Shown here: in pieces, positions 9,686 to 18,687 of the stretch
Position numbering within the stretch: position 1 is the first letter of the stretch
Layout: the number at the start of each line of letters is the position of its first letter
DNA from: Candidatus Krumholzibacteriia bacterium
GTDB lineage: Bacteria > Krumholzibacteriota > Krumholzibacteriia > JAJRXK01
Direction: 5' to 3'
Assembly (NCBI GenBank): GCA_041484665.1
Contig: JBGPIA010000013.1
Location: forward strand, 62,323 to 126,322
DNA: 64,000 bases
Position numbers and translations under genes: made by a program
The notes under the pieces: model-generated
What the model was told of the DNA's origin: nothing
The model's database searches: none
The model's input: the letters and a program-made list of their open reading frames with translations, nothing else

Positions 9686-10801
9686 TCAGGAGCTCGCGTT
9701 CGCCAGCGCCGGCCTGGCCTCCCGCGCAGCCAGCTCCTGGTAGGCGCGGCGCAGCTGCGCGGTCACCGGGCCGGGCCGGCCACCGCCCACGTGGAGACCC
9801 TCCACGGTCACGACAGGGATGCAGTTGCGCGAAGCGCTGGTGAGAAACGCCTCGTCGAGCTCCGGCAGCTCGTCCAGCCGCGGCGAGCGCAGCTCCACGA
9901 GAATCCCGGCGGCGGCTGCAAGCTCCAGGATGAAGCTGCGGGTCACGCCCTCGAGCATGCCGGTCGCAGCCGTGACCAGCGCGCCACCGCGCACCGCGAA
10001 GAAGTTGGCGCTGGTGCACTCCAGGATGCCGCCGTCGTCGTCGACCAGCAGGTGCTCGAAGTAGCCGCGGTCGCCGGGCCCGGTGCCGCGGCGCTCGATC
10101 ACCCAGCGCGCTTGCTTGATGCGCGGCGGTAAGCGGTGCTTGCCGAGCGCAATGCCCACCCCCACCCCGTCGCGTAGCTCCTCCGCGGACGGCTCATCGT
10201 GGGGCGAGATCGCCAGCAGCATGCGGCTGTCGGTGTCGAGTCCGTGGGGTGGCTGCGCGAGCACGTCGAAGCGCACGCGGGCGTCGACGGCGGTCGACGT
10301 GGCCCCGGCGGTCCCGACGGACCCTGCGCTCCCGACGGCCCCAGCAGTCCCTGCGGCCCCAGCGGTCGCGACGGTCCCTGCAATCCCTGCGGTCCCGACG
10401 GACCCATCCGTCCCTGCGTTCCACGCACGGCACGCCTCGTCCAGCGCGCGGGACAGCAGCGCACGGTCGAGGCGGTCCTTCCAGCCCAGCAGCGCCATCG
10501 AGCGGTCAGCGCGGTCCATGTGGCGCTCCAGGCCCAGGAAATAGCTCGCGCCGAAGGTGCGCAGCCCTTCGTAGATGCCCAGTGGCTGATCGTCGAGCAA
10601 CTCATGCACGTCGCGGGCGCCGGCGGGAGGCTCGAGCGGGTGCGCGCCGTCGGGCGTGACTGCGTACAGCCGGACCGTGCCGTGCGGTCCCGCCGCTGCG
10701 ACTGGCCGGGGCTTCCCAGCTGCCTTGGACTTGACGTCTCTCTTGGCCTTGCCCGCCCGCGCGCCGCCGCGGCGTGTCGGAGTGCCATCCTGCCCGCTCA
10801 C
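9686..10801 (-). CDS. Class IV PLP aminotransferase (BCAT/D-amino-acid AT/ADC-lyase family)
   Basis: GIYEGLRT, LECTSANFF, LEGVTR, DEAFLTS, GRPGPVT motifs; GAGGAGG RBS and GTGA coupling to the upstream gene. Confidence 0.85.
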   Translation of the reverse strand: MSGQDGTPTRRGGARAGKAKRDVKSKAAGKPRPVAAAGPHGTVRLYAVTPDGAHPLEPPAGARDVHELLDDQPLGIYEGLRTFGASYFLGLERHMDRADRSMALLGWKDRLDRALLSRALDEACRAWNAGTDGSVGTAGIAGTVATAGAAGTAGAVGSAGSVGTAGATSTAVDARVRFDVLAQPPHGLDTDSRMLLAISPHDEPSAEELRDGVGVGIALGKHRLPPRIKQARWVIERRGTGPGDRGYFEHLLVDDDGGILECTSANFFAVRGGALVTAATGMLEGVTRSFILELAAAAGILVELRSPRLDELPELDEAFLTSASRNCIPVVTVEGLHVGGGRPGPVTAQLRRAYQELAAREARPALANASS

Positions 10802-11235
10802 GTCCGTCCTCCTCGCCAGGGGCGCGGGGTTTCGACGATCCGCGCGAACCCCGCTCCGAACACCATGCCCATCGCGCTGAACATATAAAGAAAGAGCCTG
10901 GCCTCGGGAGAAGCGAGCTGGCGGAGGCTTCCTCCGTGGTAGAGGACCACGATGGACGTGGGGACGATTCCCAGCAGCGCTGCTGCCAGGGCAAACAGAG
11001 CGGTTGCAGGACGGCCGCCGACCGCGCGGCGCAGGACGAGCAGAACGGGCAGGTCGACCACGACGATGGCGACGAGCGACGGCAGGGCCGCAGAGTACAG
11101 GATGGGTATGAGATCTCCCCGCCCGATCCGCTGATGGTAGAGCACCGCCAGCGCGAGCACGTAGACGGCGATCCCGACCGCCCACGACGCGAGGATCACC
11201 ACCATCACGCCCACTGCCTGCAGGAGCGGCCGCAT
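10798..11235 (-). CDS. Small four-TM membrane protein
   Basis: Four hydrophobic segments; translationally coupled to the aminotransferase. Confidence 0.6.
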   Translation of the reverse strand: MRPLLQAVGVMVVILASWAVGIAVYVLALAVLYHQRIGRGDLIPILYSAALPSLVAIVVVDLPVLLVLRRAVGGRPATALFALAAALLGIVPTSIVVLYHGGSLRQLASPEARLFLYMFSAMGMVFGAGFARIVETPRPWRGGRT

Positions 11236-11457
11236 GGATCGTATGGAACCGCCCTACGGCACCGGCTGTCAAGGAGTCGCGGCCTGCGGCCGGCACTGGT
11301 GTCGCAGGCCCTACGCCCAGCAGTGAGGTTGGCAGCGGTGGTGTCGGCGGTCATGGTGCCGCGTGACGCCTGCGCCGCGGTGCTGCTGCCGGGCTCCCCC
11401 TGCTGGCTTGACCCCCCAGCACCGGTCTTCTATCGTCGTCGCCGCAGAGGTCCCCCG

Positions 11458-12129
11458 ATGCCTTCGATCTACGGGCTGAAGCCGCGCTTCCAGGCGCTGC
11501 TGCGGCCGCTCGTCCCGGTGCTCGCTCGCGCGGGGCTCACGCCCAACGCCGTCACGCTCGCCGCGCTTGCGGGATCGATCATCGTCGGAGTCGTGATCGC
11601 CTGCGTCACTGCCCCTGCGACCGAGGGGCTGCTCGTCATTTTTCCACCACCACCACGGACGGCGGTGCTGCTGCTGCTGCCCTTCTGGCTGGCGGTGCGA
11701 ATGGCGCTCAACGCGCTGGACGGGATGATGGCGCGGGAGCTGCACCAGGCGTCGCGGCTGGGCGGCGCGCTCAATGAGATCGGTGACGTGCTGGCCGACG
11801 TGGCGCTGTACCTGCCCCTGGCGCTGGTGCACCGTCCGTCGCTGTGGCCCGTCGTGGCCTTCACGCTCGGCGCCGCGCTGACCGAGTTCTGCGGGGTGTT
11901 GGGCGTGGCCCTGGGTGCGCGGCGCCAGTATGGAGGTCCCATGGGCAAGAGCGACCGAGCATCGCTCGTGGGAGCGCTCGCGTTGGCCACAGCGGTGGCG
12001 CCCAGGGCGCTAGCCGCCTGGCCGTGGATCTTCGCAGCGGCCGCGGCGCTCGCGGCACTGACGTGCTGGAACCGCGTCTGCGCTTCGCTCGCGTCGGCGC
12101 CGCCGCACGACGCGGGGTCGACAACATGA
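11458..12129 (+). CDS. CDP-alcohol phosphatidyltransferase (YnbA-like)
   Basis: MPSIYGLKPRFQ start; NALDGMMAR...G..LNEIGD..AD signature; GPMGKSDRA. Confidence 0.9.
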   Translation: MPSIYGLKPRFQALLRPLVPVLARAGLTPNAVTLAALAGSIIVGVVIACVTAPATEGLLVIFPPPPRTAVLLLLPFWLAVRMALNALDGMMARELHQASRLGGALNEIGDVLADVALYLPLALVHRPSLWPVVAFTLGAALTEFCGVLGVALGARRQYGGPMGKSDRASLVGALALATAVAPRALAAWPWIFAAAAALAALTCWNRVCASLASAPPHDAGSTT

Positions 12130-12145
12130 GCCCGGGCCCCCACCC

Positions 12146-13090
12146 ATGAGCCTACCGGGCTTCGCCCACCCCATCTGGCGCATGGTCTGGATCGTCGGCG
12201 CCCTCCTGGTGCTCGCCAGCGTGGCGGTCGCGAGCCTGTGCGCGCTGCAACCGCGCAAAAACCACGCCGAGCTTACGGCGCGCGTGCGCGCCTGGTGGTT
12301 CATGGCTGCGGTGTTCTTCGCCGCGCTCGCGCTGTCCCCGGCCGTGCCCATCCTGCTGTTCGCATTCCTGAGCTTCTGGGCGCTGAAGGAGTATGTGACG
12401 CTGCTGCAGACCCGGCCGGCCGACCACCGCGTGCTGTTCTTCACGTTCCTGGCCGTCCCGGTGCAGTACTACTGGGTCCACACCGGCTGGTACGGGATGT
12501 TCGTGCTGTTCATCCCGGTGTACGTGTTCTTGCTCTTGCCGTTTGGGCTGGTGCTGACGCAGGAGACAGCCGGCTTCGTGGCGGCAGCCGCGCAGATCCA
12601 GTGGGGGATGATGGCGTTCGTGTTCGGTCTCAGCCATCTGGCCTACCTCACACGATTGCCTGTCGAGGCGGGCTTACCCGGCGTCGATGGCAAGACGCTG
12701 CTGGTGTTCCTGGCCTTCACCGTCGAGATGAGCGACGTGATGCAATACGTTTGGGGCAAGACGCTGGGCCGCCACCGGATCCTGCCCGGCGTGAGCCCGA
12801 ACAAGACCTGGGAGGGCTTGCTGGGCGGCATCGCCACGGCGACGGCGCTGAGCCTGGGTATCCGGTTCCTGACGCCCTTCTCCGTCGGCGAGACGCTGCT
12901 GGTGTCGGTGCTGATCACAGTTGCTGGCTTCTGCGGTGGCGCCGTCATGAGCGCGGTCAAACGCGACTTTGGCGTGAAGGATTTCGGCGGGCTGATCCCG
13001 GGTCACGGCGGCGTGCTCGACCGGGTCGACTCGCTGTGCTACGCGGCGCCGGTGTTCTTCCACTACGTGCGCTACTTCCACAGTCCGTGA
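12146..13090 (+). CDS. Phosphatidate cytidylyltransferase (YnbB/CdsA family)
   Basis: SPNKTWEG and SAVKRDFGVKDFG.LIPGHGGVLDRVDS signature. Confidence 0.93.
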   Translation: MSLPGFAHPIWRMVWIVGALLVLASVAVASLCALQPRKNHAELTARVRAWWFMAAVFFAALALSPAVPILLFAFLSFWALKEYVTLLQTRPADHRVLFFTFLAVPVQYYWVHTGWYGMFVLFIPVYVFLLLPFGLVLTQETAGFVAAAAQIQWGMMAFVFGLSHLAYLTRLPVEAGLPGVDGKTLLVFLAFTVEMSDVMQYVWGKTLGRHRILPGVSPNKTWEGLLGGIATATALSLGIRFLTPFSVGETLLVSVLITVAGFCGGAVMSAVKRDFGVKDFGGLIPGHGGVLDRVDSLCYAAPVFFHYVRYFHSP

Positions 13091-13821
13091 TGGCGGAGTC
13101 CGAGGGGGGCCCAGTAGGTGGGGGCGGGGCGGGCGCGGGCACGGGAGCGGGCGCGGGCACGGGAGCGGGCGCGGACGCGACGGTGCGGCGGTCGCCGCTG
13201 GCGGACCTGCTCCAGCAGCTGGCGTTCCTGCTGATCTTGCGGCCGTTCCTCGCGCTGTTCGTCGGCCTGCGCGTGCGCGGGCGCGAGCACCTGCCCGCCG
13301 ACGATCCCTTCATCTTGATCGCCAACCACTCCAGCCACCTCGATGCGGTCTCGCTGCTGAGCCTCTTTGCGCAGGGCCGGCTGCGCCGCATCCGGGCGGT
13401 GGCCGCCGCCGACACGTTCGAGCGCAACCGCTTCGTGTCGTGGGCTACGCGGACGTTCTTCAACACCCTGCCGATCGTTCGCCGCGAGATCACTCCCGAG
13501 AACGACCCGCGGCCACGGATGCTCGCGGCGCTGCGGGCAGGGCAGTCGCTGATCCTGTTCCCGGAGGGAACGCGCAGCCGAGATGGCGAGATCGGGCCGT
13601 TCCGCACCGGCGTGGCGTGGCTCGTCGAGCGGATGCCCGCCGTCCCGGTCGTGCCCGCCTACCTGGTCAACATGGGTCGCAGCTTGCCCAAAGGGGAGTT
13701 CCTACCCGTGCCGTTCTTCTGCGAGGTACGGTTGGGGGCGCCGCTGCGTCCACGTGGCGGCCAGGAGGAGATTCTGGCCGAGCTGGAGTCGGCGGTGCGG
13801 CGGCTGGCACGGGGAGAGTGA
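13090..13821 (+). CDS. Lysophospholipid acyltransferase (PlsC family)
   Basis: NHSSHLD and FPEGTRS motifs; TGATG overlap with upstream gene. Confidence 0.9.
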   Translation: MAESEGGPVGGGGAGAGTGAGAGTGAGADATVRRSPLADLLQQLAFLLILRPFLALFVGLRVRGREHLPADDPFILIANHSSHLDAVSLLSLFAQGRLRRIRAVAAADTFERNRFVSWATRTFFNTLPIVRREITPENDPRPRMLAALRAGQSLILFPEGTRSRDGEIGPFRTGVAWLVERMPAVPVVPAYLVNMGRSLPKGEFLPVPFFCEVRLGAPLRPRGGQEEILAELESAVRRLARGE

Positions 13822-13943
13822 GAACGGGGGAGAGCATGAGGCCGGGGAGCAGCGCGAGGCTGGGGAGTAGCGCGAGGCTGGGGAGGAAGCGCGAAACCGG
13901 GGAGCAGCGCGCAGCCAGGGTCGTCGCAGGAGTGCGCGGTGGA

Positions 13944-13983
13944 CTGCACGGCAAAATGCTCAATGCACTGAGCAATCTGACGG
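13944..13983. repeat. 40-bp palindromic dispersed repeat, copy A
   Basis: CTGCACGGCAAAATGCTCAATGCACTGAGCAATCTGACGG; 38/40 identical to 18571-18610. Confidence 0.9.
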
Positions 13984-14024
13984 GCTCCGCAAGTGTCGCA
14001 CGATCTGCCGCTGCGAGTGGACAC

Positions 14025-14750
14025 TCAACCCTTGACGAGCTGCTCCGCGCTGCCAGCCACGACCTCGACAGGTCGGCTGGACGTTTGCAGGACATGCTTC
14101 GCCATCTGGTAGGCTGGCGTACGCTCGGCCAGCAGCGACGTCAGGCGCTCCATTGCTCTCGGGTCGCCCTCCATGGGCCGACGGTCCCCCTGCGCGACCA
14201 CCCGGTTCCAGTGGTCCTCGGGACGTGCCTTCAACCAGACCGTCACAGTGCTCTGGCGCAGCAGCTCGTAGGTGATGGGATCGGTCACGATGCCCCCAGT
14301 GGTCGCCAACACCGCGCGGCTCGTGGTGGCCAGGAACTGCTGAAGCGCCTCCCGCTCGTACTGGCGGAAGGCGGGTTCGCCATGCAGCTGCCAGATCTCG
14401 CCCAACGACAGCCCGGCAGCCTGTTCGATCAACGCGTCCAGCTCGACGAAGGGCACACCGAGACGCTCGCCCAGCAACTTCCCGACCGTGGACTTGCCCG
14501 CGCCGCGCAGGCCCAGCAGGGCGATGATCTCGCTGCGGGCCGTCAGCAGAGACGCCGGCGAGGTCTCGAAAGCGCGGGCGATCTCGGAAAAGCTGCGCAG
14601 GGACGGGTTACCCCGGCCCGCCTCGACCTGGGCCAGGAACCGCTCGGACAGGCCGCAGCGCTGGGCCAGCTCGCGGCGGCTCCAGCCTTTCTCCCGGCGC
14701 AAGCGGCGGATCCGAGCCCCGACCTCGCTCAGGATGTCGATCGTAGTCAC
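14025..14750 (-). CDS. boxR: BoxR/BzdR-type regulator (XRE HTH + shikimate-kinase-like domain)
   Basis: N-terminal HTH (SRRELAQRCGLSERFLAQVEAGRGNPS); IALLGLRGAGKST; RVVAQGDRRPM; divergent from boxC. Confidence 0.9.
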   Translation of the reverse strand: MTTIDILSEVGARIRRLRREKGWSRRELAQRCGLSERFLAQVEAGRGNPSLRSFSEIARAFETSPASLLTARSEIIALLGLRGAGKSTVGKLLGERLGVPFVELDALIEQAAGLSLGEIWQLHGEPAFRQYEREALQQFLATTSRAVLATTGGIVTDPITYELLRQSTVTVWLKARPEDHWNRVVAQGDRRPMEGDPRAMERLTSLLAERTPAYQMAKHVLQTSSRPVEVVAGSAEQLVKG

Positions 14751-14755
14751 GATAA

Positions 14756-14839
14756 TGCACTATAGTGCACAACAACAACCTATACCATGAGATTTTCTCC
14801 AGTATAGTGCTTGATGCTGCCACCCTGCGTCTCTACCAT
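14756..14839. promoter_or_regulatory. boxR/boxC divergent promoter with putative BoxR operator
   Basis: Perfect palindrome TGCACTATAGTGCA (14756-14769), partial copy CAGTATAGTGC near 14800; TTGATG-N17-TACCAT (14811-14839) upstream of boxC. Confidence 0.65.
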
Positions 14840-14904
14840 GTCCTGACCATCCGACGAGTGGCCTGCCGGCCCCCCGAACACCAACGCCCGCGGACGCCTA
14901 CGCC

Positions 14905-16560
14905 ATGACCACCTTTGAGACCCATCCCGATCGCTATCTGCACTGGAAGCTCCAGGTGGACGGCCCCGTCGCGCGCCTGTTGATGAACGTCGATCCCGAG
15001 AAGCCGCACCGGCCGGGCTACGTGCTCAAGCTCAACTCCTACGACCTGGGCGTGGACATCGAGTTGAGCGACGCGGTACAACGCCTGCGCTTCGAGCACC
15101 CCGCAGTGCGCGTCGTGGTCGTCACCTCGGCCAACCCGCGCATCTTCTGCGCCGGCGCGAATATCATGATGCTCGGATCGTCGACGCATCCCTTCAAAGT
15201 GAACTTCTGCAAGTTCACCAACGAGACGCGATGCGCAATCGAGGATGCCAGCGTCCACTCGGGCCAGAGGTACATTGCAGCCGTGAACGGCACGGCGTCG
15301 GGCGGGGGCTACGAGCTCGCCATCGCCTGTGACGAGATCTACCTGGTCGACGACGGCAACTCCGCGGTGTCGCTGCCGGAGGTTCCGCTGCTGGGCGTCC
15401 TGCCCGGCACGGGTGGCCTCACGCGCTTGGTCGACAAGCGCAAGGTGCGCCGTGACCTGGCCGACGTGTTCTCGACGCTGGCCGAGGGTGCCAAGGCCAA
15501 GAAGGCGCAGGAGTGGGGGCTGATCGACGGATCCTTTCCGCGCACGAAGTTCGATCAGGCGATCGCCGATCGCGCCGCCGCCCTCGCCCGCGAGGTCGCG
15601 CAGCAGAACGCGCAACGCCTGCCGGGCAAGGACGACGCCAAGGGCATCACGCTCACGGCGCTCGCGCCCAAGGTCACCGACACGCGCCTGGAGTATCGCC
15701 ATGTGACGGTCGCAATCGACCCCAAGGCCCGCACCGCGGAGATTACGATCGCCGGCCCCGAGGACCGCCCGCCTGCCAGCGTCGCCGACCTGCACCGCGC
15801 CGGCGCCGATGCTTGGGCGCTGCACGCCTTCCGCGAGCTGGAGGACGCGATCTGCCGGCTGCGGTTGGACTTTGCGGAGATCGGCCTGCTGCAGATCAAG
15901 ACCCGCGGCGACATCGACAAGGTAATCGCGCACGGCAACTTCCTCGCCGCGCACCGCAGCGACTGGCTCGTGAACGAGATCGTGCTGCTGGCGGCGCGCG
16001 CGCTGCGCCGCCTCGACGTGACGGCCAAGAGCCTGTTCGCCATCGTCGAGCCCGGCAGCTGCTACGGCGGCCTGCTGCTCGAGGCGGCGCTGGCCTGCGA
16101 CCGCATCTACATGCTCAACGAGAGCGACAAGCCGGCGTATCTGGCGCTGGACGTGCTGAACGGCGGCGCGCTGCCCATGGCCCACGGCCTCACCCGCCTG
16201 CAGTCGCGCTTCCTGGCGAAGCCGGAGCACGCCGCCAGGCTTGCCGCCGAGCGTCCCAAGCTCGATGCTGGCCAGGCGCTGGCCGCCGGCATGGTCACAG
16301 CTGCGCCCGACCAGATCGACTGGGACGACGAAGTGCGCGTGGCGATCGAAGAGCGCTGCTCCCTGTCGCCCGACGCGCTCACGGGCATGGAGGCCTCGCT
16401 GCGCTTCGGTGGCCCGGAGACGCTGGATTCCAAGATCTACGGCCGGCTGTCGGCCTGGCAGAACTGGATCTTCATCCGCCCCAACGCCGTGGGGGAGAGC
16501 GGGGCGCTCAAGCTCTACGGTCAGCCCGAACGCCCGAAGTTCGACTGGCGCAGGACATGA
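14905..16560 (+). CDS. boxC: 2,3-epoxybenzoyl-CoA dihydrolase (crotonase superfamily)
   Basis: FETHPDRYLHWKL, LKLNSYDLGVDIEL, KVNFCKFTNETR, SPDALTGMEASLRF, WQNWIF.RPNA. Confidence 0.96.
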   Translation: MTTFETHPDRYLHWKLQVDGPVARLLMNVDPEKPHRPGYVLKLNSYDLGVDIELSDAVQRLRFEHPAVRVVVVTSANPRIFCAGANIMMLGSSTHPFKVNFCKFTNETRCAIEDASVHSGQRYIAAVNGTASGGGYELAIACDEIYLVDDGNSAVSLPEVPLLGVLPGTGGLTRLVDKRKVRRDLADVFSTLAEGAKAKKAQEWGLIDGSFPRTKFDQAIADRAAALAREVAQQNAQRLPGKDDAKGITLTALAPKVTDTRLEYRHVTVAIDPKARTAEITIAGPEDRPPASVADLHRAGADAWALHAFRELEDAICRLRLDFAEIGLLQIKTRGDIDKVIAHGNFLAAHRSDWLVNEIVLLAARALRRLDVTAKSLFAIVEPGSCYGGLLLEAALACDRIYMLNESDKPAYLALDVLNGGALPMAHGLTRLQSRFLAKPEHAARLAAERPKLDAGQALAAGMVTAAPDQIDWDDEVRVAIEERCSLSPDALTGMEASLRFGGPETLDSKIYGRLSAWQNWIFIRPNAVGESGALKLYGQPERPKFDWRRT

Positions 16561-16659
16561 CCCGGCACGCATGACCAGCGTGCGGCCCACCGGTCGGCCG
16601 CCGCACTCCGACGGCGACACGCGACCCGACGGCGACACGCGACACAGGAGAACCTGACG

Positions 16660-18072
16660 ATGTCGATCGACCTCGAAGGCAAGATCCCCAACAACGTCGA
16701 CCTCAAGAACGACCCCAAGCTCCTGCGCGCGCTCGAGCACTGGCAGCCGAAGTACCTGGAGTGGTGGATGGACATGGGGCCGTCTGACTTCTACAACCAC
16801 GACATCTACCTGCGCACCGCAGTCGGCGTAGGCAAGGGCGGCTGGGCCAACTTCGACTATGTGCGCATGCCCGAGTATCGCTGGGGGATCTTCCTGGCCG
16901 AGGGCGAGGCTGCCCGCAAGATCCACTTCGGCGACCCGCTGGGCGAGCCCGCGTGGCAGGTCGTCCCCGGCGAGCTGCGCAACCGCCTGCGCCGCCTCAT
17001 CGTCACGCAAGGCGACACCGAGCCCGCCTCCGTGGAGCAGCAGCGCCAGCTCGGACACACCGCGCCATCGCTCATCGACCTGCGCAATCTCTTCCAGGTG
17101 AACGTGGAGGAGGGCCGCCACCTCTGGGCGATGGTCTACCTGCTCCAGAAGTACTTTGGGAGCGATGGCCGCGACGAGGCCGAGGACTTGCTGCGCCGCC
17201 GCTCGGGCAATCCGGACAATCCGCGCATCCTGCAGGCCTTCAACAAGCCAGTACAGGACTGGCTGACCTTCTTCTGCTTCACAACCTTCACCGACCGCGA
17301 TGGCAAGTACCAACTCGCCGCTCTGGCCGAGAGCGGCTTCGATCCGCTGGCGCGCACTACGCAGTTCATGCTCACCGAGGAGGCGCACCACCTGTCCGTC
17401 GGCGAGAACGGCGTGGGCCGCGTCGTCCAGCGTACCGCCGAGCTGATGCAGCAGGGCGTCGATCCGCGCAAGGTGGGCGCCATCCCGCTGGACATGGTGC
17501 AGCGCTACATCAACGAGTGGTCCACGGCGAGCTACGACCTGTTCGGCGGCGAAGACAGCAGCAACGCCGCGGAGGCCTTTGCCTGCGGGCTCAAGGGCCG
17601 CTACCGCGAGGGGGACGGCCTCTACAAGGACCCCAAGGCGCTCGAGCAGGTGTACACGGCGCAGGCCGAAGAGAACGGCCGGCTGGTCACGCTCGAGATT
17701 CCGCTGCGCCGGGCCATGAACGCGCTGCTGCTCGATGCGTACCATGCCGACTCCGCACGCATCGCCGACCGCTGGAACCGCATCCTGGCGCGCTACGGGG
17801 TTGGCACGAAGCTGGTGCTGCCCAGCGTGCGCTTCAACCGCCAGATCGGTATCCACGCCGGCAAGTGGTACAACCCGGGTGGCGAGCCGATCGGCAAAGA
17901 GGAGTGGGACCGACGCCAGAGTGAGTGGTTCCCCGGCGACGCGGATCGCACCTACGTTCGGTCGTGCATGGTGCCGGCGCTGGAGCCAGGCAAGTTCGCC
18001 AACTGGATCGCCCCGCCAGCGCAGGGAATCAACGAGCGGCCGGTGGAATTCGAGTACGTGAAGCTGCACTAG
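16660..18072 (+). CDS. boxB: Benzoyl-CoA 2,3-epoxidase diiron subunit
   Basis: KIPNNVDL, RALEHWQP, QGDTEPASVEQQ, VNVEEGRHLWAM, TDRDGKYQL, MLTEEAHH. Confidence 0.96.
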   Translation: MSIDLEGKIPNNVDLKNDPKLLRALEHWQPKYLEWWMDMGPSDFYNHDIYLRTAVGVGKGGWANFDYVRMPEYRWGIFLAEGEAARKIHFGDPLGEPAWQVVPGELRNRLRRLIVTQGDTEPASVEQQRQLGHTAPSLIDLRNLFQVNVEEGRHLWAMVYLLQKYFGSDGRDEAEDLLRRRSGNPDNPRILQAFNKPVQDWLTFFCFTTFTDRDGKYQLAALAESGFDPLARTTQFMLTEEAHHLSVGENGVGRVVQRTAELMQQGVDPRKVGAIPLDMVQRYINEWSTASYDLFGGEDSSNAAEAFACGLKGRYREGDGLYKDPKALEQVYTAQAEENGRLVTLEIPLRRAMNALLLDAYHADSARIADRWNRILARYGVGTKLVLPSVRFNRQIGIHAGKWYNPGGEPIGKEEWDRRQSEWFPGDADRTYVRSCMVPALEPGKFANWIAPPAQGINERPVEFEYVKLH

Positions 18073-18112
18073 CTGCGGCGCAAAGGCGCGACCCGGCCGC
18101 CGAGGAGCAACG

Positions 18113-18451
18113 ATGGAAGCGGGCAAGCGTCTCGTCTACGTGTGCGAGGGCGGCGACTGCTCGGAGAAGGGCAGCGTCGAGCTGCACAACGAGCTGAAGG
18201 GAATGTTGGAGGAACGCGACACGGCGTGTACGAACAGGATGAGGAAGTATCCCTGCTTCGGTGGCTGTGAGCACGGAATCAACGTCGTGCTGTTCCCCGA
18301 CAAGGTCTTCTATAGCAAGGTGAAGCTGGGCGACCTGGCCGAGATCGTCGATCATCTGGTGGGCGACGGCGACGTCGTGCAGCGGCTGACCGGCGTCGTG
18401 CCCAAGGACGTCGAGCAGATCACGTGGGATCTCCTCGACACGGGCTTCTAG
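18113..18451 (+). CDS. Thioredoxin-like [2Fe-2S] ferredoxin (NuoE-like fold)
   Basis: CEGGDC ... CFGGC (C-X4-C...C-X3-C); NVVLFPD..Y..V...D..EIVDHL. Confidence 0.85.
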   Translation: MEAGKRLVYVCEGGDCSEKGSVELHNELKGMLEERDTACTNRMRKYPCFGGCEHGINVVLFPDKVFYSKVKLGDLAEIVDHLVGDGDVVQRLTGVVPKDVEQITWDLLDTGF

Positions 18452-18570
18452 CCGCTGGCAATCCGGTAGCCGCTGGCAATCCGGACGCGGACCGCGGGGG
18501 CGGAGCACCGATCGACCCAACCCCAGCGCAAAGGAGAGCGCGGAGAGACTCGCAGCGAAGCGTTGGCGGC

Positions 18571-18610
18571 CTGCACGGCAAAATGCTCAATGCGCTGAGC
18601 AATTTGACGG
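18571..18610. repeat. 40-bp palindromic dispersed repeat, copy B, followed by short 10-bp GATATCGCA-like tandem units
   Basis: CTGCACGGCAAAATGCTCAATGCGCTGAGCAATTTGACGG; same orientation as copy A. Confidence 0.9.
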
Positions 18611-18687
18611 TCACCACAGATATCGCAAGATATCGCACGATGTCGCATGACTGTCGTCGCACCCTAGCCGAGGAACCGAGCATCGCC

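Noticed and set aside
13938..13982. Conserved peptide GGLHGKMLNALSNLT in both repeat copies (differences synonymous)
   Set aside because: No plausible small gene with start and RBS in either copy; the DNA palindrome explains conservation better, though a coding origin is not fully excluded
14833..18126. 1097-aa antisense ORF and similar long shadow ORFs (2799-4499, 34298-37003, 22763-25561)
   Set aside because: Overlap well-supported genes; expected artefacts of high GC3 codon bias
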